Assembly: GCF_000143415.4 (NCBI RefSeq)
Contig: NW_003314299.1
Span: forward strand, 1 to 64,000
From: Selaginella moellendorffii
Taxonomy: Eukaryota; Plantae; Lycopodiophyta
Reading direction: 5' to 3'
Length of the DNA stretch: 64,000 nucleotides
Part shown: positions 36,401 to 46,512 of the stretch, one piece after another
Position numbering within the stretch: position 1 is the stretch's first letter
Layout of the letters: each line of letters opens with the position of its first letter
Position numbers and translations under genes: made by a program
Notes under the pieces: generated by a model
Database searches by the model: none
What the model was told of the DNA's origin: nothing
The model's input: only the letters and a program-made list of their open reading frames with translations

Positions 36401-37700
36401 GGGCTGGTACTCAATTGATCCTCGTGCATTTGGACACTCGGGAGCCCGGCTGTTGGCGACGAAAGCAGATGATTGGATGTCGAGCTTGACCCCTTCTAGG
36501 TACATTACTCGTTCATGCTGGAGCTGCTGCATAAACGGGTACTAGATTGGGCATATAACCTTATAGAAGCAGAGGTGGCAATGGATCTCGAAGGAGCTGG
36601 GGCTGGACGTGGTAGCTGGGACGTGCAGGTGTGCAAGGAGCTGGCTGAGTTGAGGTACCGGGTTTATACATGCAGTGCTCTGATCTGTGATTATTTCGTC
36701 TACAGTGCTGGCACTTAACTTGAGCTGGTGTAGGATTTGGGCATTTGCTGGGATAATGTCCATATCCCTTGCAACAAGTACACTAGATATTCTCACGTTC
36801 AGTAATGGGTTGAGGTAGTGTCTGGACTCCTTAAATCCAGTTAACCTGAAGCTCAAACATTTTCTTGGTAAGTGTTTCTAAATTGTCACATACTTTGGAG
36901 ATTTCTTGCAATTGTGGCAGAGTTGAAGAGGAAGTAGCCACGGCAAGAAGTACATGCTGTTAAAGGTGGCTGTAATTGATAGTTCTAAGGAAAGGTAAAT
37001 TCATTGAATCAGTGAATGAAGGATGTAACTGTGATGCTACTGATGTTTGCAAGGAGGGAAAGGTTGGCGGAATCACTACCAAACACTGAAAGAATGGAGT
37101 AGAAAAACTGCTGGAAGTGAGCCATGCTCACGCAGGCTTGCTCCCAACTGGAAGCCGTGGAAATAGCCTCAGCAAGTGTTGTGGGAGTCTGGCCCTTTGT
37201 GAAGAAAGCCAATTTGGGAGGCAGGGCGTTTGTGAAGAAGCGAACCTGATCGTCCTTGCTGGGAGGAGGGAGCGACTAGTCACTGAAACCGGATGATAAA
37301 ACGTTGTAAACTTTCATTTGGCAGCAATCAAGTGTAGTTAAGTTCCTCACTAACTTGCTGTATGAATCCGAGAAAGGCTGATCGAAGCAGGTCCCAGAAT
37401 GCACTGGCTGGTGCAGAATGCTAGGCTTGGAGATACCACTCCAGAGCAGCGTCTTGGAGTGTAGCAGGGAAGAACCAAAGGTGATTGGCTTCATCGGCTT
37501 CTTGGTTGGCGATGCCAGCAGTCTCAAAGGAATTGAGATGTACAGAGCTTGGAGTTTGGCTTGGGTAAGGCTTATGGGAGCTTTCTGGAGCATGGAGCTT
37601 GAACGTTGTGCGTGGAGTTGGAGTGCAAAGTTGGAGAGAACGAGGAGATCCAAGAAAGTTAATTTACTAACAAAAGTTTGAGCAAAAAGGTGGCAAGGGA
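33500..37700. mobile_element. Rearranged retroelement (gag) remnants including a long inverted duplication
   Basis: CCHC knuckles (CTCCKGYGHYPSKC; CFRCQQPGHIAPEC); gag-like QTPTTLAEAISTASSWEQ; shared segment at ~33990 and ~37545. Confidence 0.65.
34454..36922. repeat. Inverted repeat, arms ~34454-35690 and ~35750-36922, with little or no spacer
   Basis: E.g. CCCATTACTGAACGTGAGAATATCTAGTGTACTTGTTGCAAGGGATATGGACATTATCCC at ~34558 recurs as the reverse complement at ~36750-36810; similarity continues to the centre. Confidence 0.9.
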
Positions 37701-37706
37701 ATCTTA

Positions 37707-39665
37707 CTACCAATAATCTCCGCAAGAGCAGCTCCCATCTCGATCGAAGTGGTGGAAGCGGCTCGTGTCCCTCACCACGATCCGCCGCTGGGAGATCTTC
37801 GCCATGAGCTTCAAAGCAGTGTGGCAATCGCAGCACACTCTCAGGTTCTTCATCACCCGGATAGTATCCCGCGAGCACGGCTCCTCGATCAGAGCCAGCG
37901 CCACCGCCATCCTCTCGCTGTGGAGCTTGAGCGCCTCGCTCGCCACCTCCGCATCCGCCGCGTATCCCTCCTCGCGCATCAGCTCATGGATCCTCTCCAG
38001 CTCCGCGCGGATCTCCTCGTTTCTCGGGTGGCTCGAATCGCTGGCGGCGAAGCGGTGGAGGCTCCTTCCAATCTCCACGCAGCTCAATCCCGCGAGCTTG
38101 CTCAGCCCCCTCTCGCGGATCACGTCGCGGATCCTGGCGGCGTCGCTGGCCCGCCCGGCGGCGGAGTACATCCCCGCCAGCGCCACCAGCGGCGCCGCCG
38201 AGCGCTCCGGGTCGAGCTCCGCCACCCGCGCCGCCGCCAGCTCCGCGAACTCCAGGCGGCGATGGGTCCTCGCGCCGGCCAGCAGCGCGCCCCAGGCGAT
38301 CGAGTCGGGCAGGAACGGCATCGTCTCGATGAGATCCCGCGCGTTTTGGAGCTGCCCGGCGCGCGAGAAGAGATCCACCGTGGCGGAGAAGTGGTCGCGC
38401 CACGGGGCGATTCCAAAGTCCGCCACCATCGCCGTGAAGCAGCGCACGCCCTCCTCCACGATCCCAATGTGGCTGCACGCGTTGAGCACGCTCACGAAGG
38501 CGATAGCGTCGGGGTGATGCCCCTCGGCCACCATAGCCCGGAAGAGCTCAAGAGCTCGCTGGCCATACCCCGAGTGGGCATACGCCGCCACCATCGCCGT
38601 CCATGAGACGAGATCACGCTCCGGGAAGCCCGAGAAGAGTACCAAACTCTGCTCGATCCGCCCGGACTGCGCCATCGCCACCAGCAGCGTGTTGAAGCTC
38701 GCGACGCCCCAGGCGGGCATCTGATCGAAGAGTCTCTTGGCGCCACGGAGACTCAGCCCCTGCGCAAACCCGCCCAGCATCGTCGTCCAGGCCACCAGAT
38801 TCCTCTCGGGCATCGCCAAGAACACGTGCTTTGCTCGATCCAGATCTCCGCCCGCCACTGCCGCTGCGATCGCGATGCTCTCCGCCACCACTCCCCGCTG
38901 GGGGATCTTCAAAAACAAGCTCCAGGCATCCGCCATCTCGCCGCACTCCACGAATCCCTGGAGCATTGTCACCCATGCCATGGAGTTCCTCCCCAGCGGC
39001 ATGGAATCGAAGAGCTTCTTCGCACCACGCAAGTGCCCGGCTTGGGCATACGCTTGGATCATCGCGGTGTAAGCCACAACGCCCGGAACGATCATCTCAT
39101 CGAACAACCTCTTGGCCTCTGTGAGTCTCCCGTGCCTCGCGTAGCCCGTGACGATCGCGTTCCACGTTACGCTGTCCCGGTTTTCCATCCGATCGAACAA
39201 AGTTCTCGCAAGGTCCAGATGCCCGGTTCTGGCATATGCTGCGATCATCGTGTTCCAGCCCACGGAATTCCCGTTTCCAATATTCGCAAAGACACGCTCC
39301 ATCTCTTCGATGTGATTGCTCTGCGCGTAGGCCCTGAGCATGAGATTGTGAGAGAAGCTGTTCTTGGCGGCGATGCCATCGAAGATCCGGCGCGCCTGAT
39401 CGACGCGGCCACACTTGGCGTACATCTGGATGAGGAGATTGGCGAGGTAAGTGCTGTGGCGGTGGGAGTCGCTGGCCGAGATCTCTCGCTCCAGCTCCTG
39501 GCCGCGGGGGAGATCTCTGGGGCTCTGGCATGATCGCAGGAGGAACCCAAGGCGATCTTCCTCGTCCAGGCCAATGCTTTGCGATGGCGGATCCGGCGGC
39601 GCGTCCGGAGTAGCTCTTGGCGATCGCTTTCGTGCTCCTCGCGAGCGGCGGAAGAGAAGCCTCAT
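37707..39665 (-). CDS. PLS-E-DYW PPR protein (organellar C-to-U editing factor)
   Basis: PPR array, E domain, HSER...KNLRVCCDCH...SCSCGDYW. Confidence 0.93.
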   Translation of the reverse strand: MRLLFRRSRGARKRSPRATPDAPPDPPSQSIGLDEEDRLGFLLRSCQSPRDLPRGQELEREISASDSHRHSTYLANLLIQMYAKCGRVDQARRIFDGIAAKNSFSHNLMLRAYAQSNHIEEMERVFANIGNGNSVGWNTMIAAYARTGHLDLARTLFDRMENRDSVTWNAIVTGYARHGRLTEAKRLFDEMIVPGVVAYTAMIQAYAQAGHLRGAKKLFDSMPLGRNSMAWVTMLQGFVECGEMADAWSLFLKIPQRGVVAESIAIAAAVAGGDLDRAKHVFLAMPERNLVAWTTMLGGFAQGLSLRGAKRLFDQMPAWGVASFNTLLVAMAQSGRIEQSLVLFSGFPERDLVSWTAMVAAYAHSGYGQRALELFRAMVAEGHHPDAIAFVSVLNACSHIGIVEEGVRCFTAMVADFGIAPWRDHFSATVDLFSRAGQLQNARDLIETMPFLPDSIAWGALLAGARTHRRLEFAELAAARVAELDPERSAAPLVALAGMYSAAGRASDAARIRDVIRERGLSKLAGLSCVEIGRSLHRFAASDSSHPRNEEIRAELERIHELMREEGYAADAEVASEALKLHSERMAVALALIEEPCSRDTIRVMKNLRVCCDCHTALKLMAKISQRRIVVRDTSRFHHFDRDGSCSCGDYW

Positions 39666-39886
39666 CTATCTCTCTCCATTTTCGCGCGAGCAAGAAAAAG
39701 CATATGCTTGACCATAAAACGAATATCCCAGAAACCGAATAATCTCACAAACATTCTTATTTCGAAAGCATACAGAATAAATATTCCGTACATACCACTT
39801 TTTTATATACAAGGAATGCGAAGTAAGAAAGAAAATCACTGTAAATTTCCCCGAGACAAAACAGCAGGAAAAAAGAGCGCATTTAC

Positions 39887-40687
39887 TTACTCCGGAGAAT
39901 CACTCTCGTCGTCAAAATCGTAGCAAACCAAGCTGGGCTGGAGATCAGCTTTGAGTTCTTGGCCAAAATCTCTGCTCTTGCTCTCCTGCTCGGGAGCGAT
40001 GATCTTGGGAGCTGCCACACTCGTCGTCCTCCTCGTCTTGGGTGGAGCGATCGCGGTAGCAACACCATCCCCGGAGGATTTCCTCTTTTTCTTGCCATCT
40101 CCAAGTCCATCCCAGAGACTGACAACGTCGCTCTTGCGCTGCTGCGAACTCTTTCGCTTCTCCCTTAGCTTGAGCTGGAGCTGGAGCTGGAGTTCCATCT
40201 TCTCCGCTTCCCTTGCCTGTAAATGTGATTCTGCGACGTCTAATCAGCAACTACCCGCGAGAAAAAGGAAGATCGAGGACGAAAGAATGAAGATCACTCA
40301 CCCTTACGTCTGGATCATTGCAGAAATTCGAGGTATGGCCCTTCCTCTTACACCTGAGAGAGGGAGAACCATTGGAGAATGAGCGAAACGAGGAAAAGGA
40401 TGCTTACTTGTGACAGGTAACGTTCTTGCAGTTTCGCTGGTGATGCCCTTTCTCTTTACATTTGCTACAAATCACGCCCTCTTCACACTCCCACGCCATA
40501 TGCCCCTTTCTGGAAGATCAAGTCTTAGAAACCTGGCGCTGAAGCGATCGATCGAACGCTTACCTCTTGCATTTGAAGCAGGCTTGGACGCGCAGCTGAC
40601 CAGGACGGCCGCGGCTCCCCATTCTCTTCTGCCCTATCTAGTTGCTCAAGAACCCTGCTTCTGTCCGTACTAACATGTACGAAAACC
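39887..40687 (-). CDS. Spliced triple CCHC zinc-knuckle protein; start codon not found
   Basis: Joining four GT-AG exons gives CFKCKRKGHMAWEC, CSKCKEKGHHQRNC and CHKCKRKGHTSNFC, then a Lys-rich tail ending DDESDSPE*. Confidence 0.65.
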
Positions 40688-42460
40688 TATTCTTGTTAAA
40701 TCAAAACAAAAGATATTACTAAAATATTATTGATTAAACTTTACTATGAGTAATAATATTAATATTAATTAATTGTAATTTTTTTAATAGAATTTTTTTT
40801 TAAAAAATTATTTAAACTTCTCTTAAAAAATTAACCACTGTTAGTCTTGACTGCATTTAACCAAAGATGTTAATCACTATTGAATATGGTCAGAAATCTC
40901 CGTTCATGAAACATTCTGAAAAAAAAATTAATTTATGGTATAAAATGTAAATTACAATTCTAATGAATATAAATTCTAAAATAGTTGAACAATATTGTTT
41001 AATTCAGTATGAACTTATATTACCCAACTCTTTACTTATGCTTTCTATAAAAGAGTTGAACATTAGAAATTTAAATATTGTAAAAAAATGTATGGTAGTT
41101 TGCTAAACTAATTAAAGCATATGTTATTAAAAATTTTGTGCATTACATATTCTAAAAGAACGAAGCAAAAAGTGAATAAAACAAATGAAGCAGCCTTCTA
41201 AGCTGAAGAAAATTGATGAAAAGGCGTATTTTTTATTTTTTCCACAAATCAAACATATAATGTTTTAAGCATTAATTTTAATGTTCAAGACTAAATTTGC
41301 TAATATATTTATTATGTACAATAATTAAAATATTTAAATAACACTATAGCTTTTTGTATCATTTATTTAATAAATTCATTTAATAAATTTTTATTATAAA
41401 TAATATGTTTTGATTGCACTGTTCTAACGAGCTAAGATCTTTTAGCTTTTTCTTTTTGATTGACAAAAAAAGTCATAAAAAGATCCATTTGATATTGATG
41501 AGTCACAACTTCAAGTTTTGATAATTTTTTTATAGTAAAATGTAAATAGATATTTTAAAAAATTAAATTTTAAAATAATTTTAAAATGAAACTTTTTGCC
41601 TTAAAATCTTTCTAAATTATGACAATGAGTTATAGACAATGATAGTGGTAAATTTGATTTTAATATGAGTCAAATGTTCAACATTATAAGGATATTTAAT
41701 ATTTAAAAGAATAACTATTAATGATTGTAATATAATGTAATTCAAGATTTCACAGTTTTGAATTAAATGCTTGCAAAATGTGTTTATAGAGATAGAGGTA
41801 AGAAATATAAATTATAATCCACAGTCTAAGATATAACAATTAGTTGCTGTGATTGAAAAATTGAGTTTTGAGATATTTTTCTAAAAACATTTTAAAATTT
41901 AGTTTAATTTCTATTCAGAATTTGAAGGAGCTCTCTAAGTACAAAAATATATCCATTTCTATTGTTGTTCTCAAAAGCTTTAACCAGGCCATCACTAGAA
42001 AGGTTCCTTTGTGAAAGTTGGTTTGGAATTGACAATTATGGGGTGAGTGTTTATTTCAATTAATCATTGGCAAGAACTTCTTTTGTGAATTGCAGAACTT
42101 CTACACATGGCCTACAATCATTAGCACATTAGGCATTGGGGAAATGCTCACATCACAAAGGCAGTGTTTGAGCTCATCTACATTATTGAGTTCTTGATTC
42201 CAGGGCTTATTAACGAATCAAGAGAAAAATTTAGGCTTAATAATTTGCTTGATCACAATAAGTATACTGCATTTTAGAATATACTTGGTTATTCTGGGTA
42301 TATTCTTGACACTACAAGCCTTCAAAAATCAAAGAATTTCCCTCACGCCAGCCACCAGCATTATTCACCCGGCCAACCTCTCCAATTTGTGCACGAGCTT
42401 CCTGCGTGACCCGGTCGTCCTCGTTGTCTCTTTGTTAGTTCTCTTGCGCGTGTCTCTTCG

Positions 42461-43912
42461 TCACACGTTTTCCGACACTCGTCTCTCGTCAAATTCTCGG
42501 CCGTCTTCTACTTCGTGCTGGGAAACTTTTGTGTAGGGACGCTGAGGTGACGGCTTTGGCGGGGGCGCGCTAGAGGACGATTCCGGGAGCATCTTTAAGA
42601 TGATGCCCATGGCGATTAGCAGCAGCCCCGTTACGTGCTGCTCGGTCATTGGCTTCGTGAAGATCACGTATGATAGCAAGAGAGTCACTGCCTTTCTCGC
42701 TGTGGTCACCTGAGATAACGATTCCAGCTATAGTGTAAACGAATATGTGAAATGGAGAGCGTGACTTACCATGGCGGTGGTGGCAGCTCCAAAGAGGGCA
42801 ATGAGGGAGAGGACGGAGAGTTGGCCTATAAACGTTGCCATCGCTTCAAACACGAGGACCAGGTAGACATATGGATGCTGCGCAAGTAACAAAGCTTTAG
42901 AGTTTTGGAGAAACGCAGTTACTAGTGCTTACATTGTAGCATGAGGTCCAAGCTCTGAAGACCTCGCCAGTCAAAACCATCGGCGGGATCAAGAATGGAA
43001 GGCCCACTGCTGTCGAGCAGAATAACATCTCCATCTGGAAGGCACCAGCATTATAATATTTATCTTGCGAGGTGAATGTACCTGTGACGTTGCTGGGTTC
43101 ATGGTAAAAATCGCTTCTTGCAAGTTGCCCAGGAATGAGTCCAACACGAGGGCTCCCACTACCATGATCACTCCAAATATGTGAAAGTTGGGGGAAGTGT
43201 GAGCGTCCGCCAGCGTGAATATCACGAGTCCAACAACGAGCATCACTGCCGACACATACTCCTGGAACGAATATTTTCGTCGTAAGCCAGGAATAAAAGC
43301 GCCCATTATCATCACCGGTAGAACCTGCTTGTGTCACGCCCACGTAAGCAGCTAACAAAGAAAACCAAGCCAGAACCAAACCTTGGTGGACTTGAACATT
43401 ATCTGCGCTGGATAGTTGAGAAACATGAGCGATCCTTTTGTAAGCCCGTGAGAACCCATCAGAACCGCAGAGAGCTTGATGTACGTTTTCCAGGGGTTCA
43501 AGACATGCTTCACTCGAAATCCTTGCCAGAAAATCAGCGCGAGGTAGACAAATCCCTGGACGAAGGTGAAGTACCAGCCATAGCTGTAACATAGAAAAAA
43601 CATCAGCCAAGAGTCCCTCAAACAAAGATGCTCACAAACCTGAATTGGAGGCGATTGTAAACGTACTCCTGCAAAAATTTGGAGAACAAGTTTGAAAAGG
43701 GCACAGGAAAAAAAAATGATGAACTAAACGCCTCTGGTCTAGCTAGGGAGCACTGATACTGATTGCCACACACGCACCTCACAAAGGCCGTTCACGGTGT
43801 ATCCAAAGAAGAATCCCGCCGAGCAAATCAAGAGCTGGATCCATCGGGGCCTGCCAGTGAGAGTAATCCCGAGCAATGTAATGACATTATCTTCCGGAGC
43901 AGGCTGCCCCAT
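42461..43912 (-). CDS. Nucleotide-sugar/PAPS transporter, UTR2/UTR4-like (SLC35B)
   Basis: [69 protein letters not shown]. Confidence 0.9.
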
Positions 43913-45023
43913 TCTCGCCCGCCCGAGCGCCTCTAGGAACTATCGCCTTCACAGAGAAGAATAAATCACTATCAAAGAAAGAAAGCGCGGCCATCACATA
44001 GCAAGAATCCAATTCAAGCAAGATAGGAGAGATTCCAGAGAGAAATTCCAGAGAAATGCCCGAAATCACTCACCTTAACGGTATTCCAGAGCTTCTCAAC
44101 CGCAGAGAATCCACGGATGCGCCGAGCAGCGCCGATGCTGTGCTCCGGGCGCCAGATATTTCAAAACAAAAACAAGGATAGATCCGGCATGCTCGGTACC
44201 TGTAGCGCACACGCGATCGGCGCATGCAGAGCACGAAATATCGCGAAATATGCGATCGAAAGCGCGAGCGATCGATCGGTCGCGCGCGCTTGCGCTTCCC
44301 CTTCCTAGATGCGTGCGCTGGTAGCTGCGGCAACAGAAAGAAATCGATCGCTTCTATCTGCGAGCAATCCTCCTGGCTAGCGGGGGAACCCTAGAAATGC
44401 GATGGCGCAATGCAAGGAGCATCCATTGACAAAAGGGCCGGCCTAAAACTATAAAGGACGCCGACGTGGCAAGAACGGGGAAACTTTGAAAACTTCGTTT
44501 GGACCACGCGCCTGTCCATAGTGTGAGAAACTTTCAAACACGACGCCGCTAATCCCTGCTTATACCACTAATTAAGTGCGATTATGTCGATTCTTTTAGC
44601 ACCAGTCTCCTTGCTTGTTCGATGGAAATGGAATCGGAGCTTCTGTTCTTCCAAGATTTGGATCGTGTGTACCCGAAGTTTGACTTTGATGCTTTGATCG
44701 ATTTGGAGTGTCCCTGAATTTTTCGGAAAAATTTTAGCGGCAGTATAAGTAGTAAATCAACAATGCAGTTAAAACCGAAACTCCGTCCCAGTAACTCCCT
44801 GCAGGAAAATACAAAGATTTACCAGAGCACGAGTAACCAGTGAACTTTGCCGAGAGATCGTCGAGCTGTGGATTCAGATTTCGTTAGAACAACCCTGTCC
44901 GGCGAAAACAAAATGGTGAACTTACCAGAGAGTGACGAACTCGCGATTCTCTGACGACGATTCCGTGACGATCGCGTTGATTCTAAGTTTGTTGTACCAT
45001 CGTTTCGTAGAAAAAGTCGCCGC

Positions 45024-46292
45024 TCACGATCTCGCCTTGGTTGGCTTCCTGTTGTAGACCGAGTTCCAAGGCCCGCCATCTCTCGCGTAGTAATCCATAG
45101 GATAATCACCCAGGACGTCTTTGTCACCACAGGAGCAGCACGATGACGAACAATCCAAATGGCCTTCATTCCCCGGAGAACACCTCTTCCACCACGGCCT
45201 TGTGAAACCCAGAGCAACTTCCGCCTCGTATGGAGTGAGCAGCGGACGACCGTATGCCTCCCCCCAATCGATCGAAAGCCTCGGACACGCAATCTGGATC
45301 CATGCATCGATGGTTTCTTCCAAAAGTCCAATCTTGGCCGGGGACATCTCGCTCATGAGAAACACCTTGTAGACGACACCTCTCTCGGCTAGCCTGTTCT
45401 CGAGGTGGCGGAGTATCTGTGGATTTCCTTGCCTGCCTAGAGTTCCCAAGATCACGCCCCAGCTCTTCCCTCTCTGCGCCTGTTCTATAGCTGCTCTACG
45501 CGCCTTTCTCATCCCTGCTTGATCATACTCCTCACTGCTCAAAGCCTTCGTGTATGGATCATACCTGTAAACTTTCAGCCCCGGGTTTGCGATCATGAAA
45601 GCTTCGAGATGGAACCTTCCATCCGCTACAAACACCGCCGCATCGACCGAGCCTTTTGAAATAGCCGGCGCTGTACATCCCAAAACTTCTCCAGCGGAGA
45701 GAGGCTTTGCTTGCGGCACTACCACCTCCGAGAAAAAATCCACCACCCCCATCCTCGCGGAGTGGATCGCCGAGGAGAACTGGATCGTTCCACAGAGAGC
45801 AAGCCGGCTTCCAGCCTCGAAGTTGAACTTAAGAGCCTCGATCATATGCTCGACGTCGATCTGGATGTCCACGAACACATAGAGGCTGGGAACCTGTGTC
45901 ACGTCGATCGGAACCAAGCAGCTATGGCCATAGTGGACGAGGAAATCGGCACCAAGAGCAGCGGCAGTGAGATCGTCGATACAACACGCCCCGTAAGTCA
46001 CATCCCCGAGGACGAAGCACTCCTCCACTGCCGCGAATTCTTCCAGAATATCGCACAGCGGGAGCGCAAACATCTGCAAGCCCTCTGGGAGCTGGAGCGC
46101 GACGCGACGCGCCCCTGCCTGCTTGATCCGCCACACTGTCTTCGGGATCTCCAGATTGTAGTTGGACGGAAGCCTCGCGATCGCCGCTCTCAAGCGCGGA
46201 TCATTGAGAATGCTATCAGGTACCTGTTGCCGCACGAATCGCTTGGGCGGCGCCGCGACTCTCCGGGGCGCCAGAGAAGCCTCCTCCGCCAT
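45024..46292 (-). CDS. DPH1: Diphthamide biosynthesis protein 1, intronless
   Basis: LPSNYNLEIPKT, ALQLPEGL, GDVTYGACCIDD, HYGHSCLVP, GEVLGCT, DGRFHLE, GTLGRQG, ACPRLSIDWG, YPMDYY. Start at MAEEAS. Confidence 0.93.
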   Translation of the reverse strand: MAEEASLAPRRVAAPPKRFVRQQVPDSILNDPRLRAAIARLPSNYNLEIPKTVWRIKQAGARRVALQLPEGLQMFALPLCDILEEFAAVEECFVLGDVTYGACCIDDLTAAALGADFLVHYGHSCLVPIDVTQVPSLYVFVDIQIDVEHMIEALKFNFEAGSRLALCGTIQFSSAIHSARMGVVDFFSEVVVPQAKPLSAGEVLGCTAPAISKGSVDAAVFVADGRFHLEAFMIANPGLKVYRYDPYTKALSSEEYDQAGMRKARRAAIEQAQRGKSWGVILGTLGRQGNPQILRHLENRLAERGVVYKVFLMSEMSPAKIGLLEETIDAWIQIACPRLSIDWGEAYGRPLLTPYEAEVALGFTRPWWKRCSPGNEGHLDCSSSCCSCGDKDVLGDYPMDYYARDGGPWNSVYNRKPTKARS

Positions 46293-46512
46293 AGCTAGGG
46301 CACTGCCGTGAAGAACCCTAAAAGAGATTGTACGGAAGTGACCGTTGAAACTTTTAACTTGGGGCTTTTGTCGAACGGGTAGAAACCCTATCTCTTCTTC
46401 TTCTTCTTTCGAGAGTCCGCGGCCGCGATCTTCACTAGGTTTTGTGTAGCCGTTGTTCTGATCGATCGGGGGAGCTGGAGTGTGAGTGAGGATCGTCGAG
46501 ATTTCGGGCTCG

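Noticed and set aside
37749-39711. Long antisense and alternate-frame ORFs in PPR, LecRK and mgs genes (also 54.9-57.3 kb)
   Set aside because: Expected from high GC3 and stop-codon scarcity; no independent coding signal.
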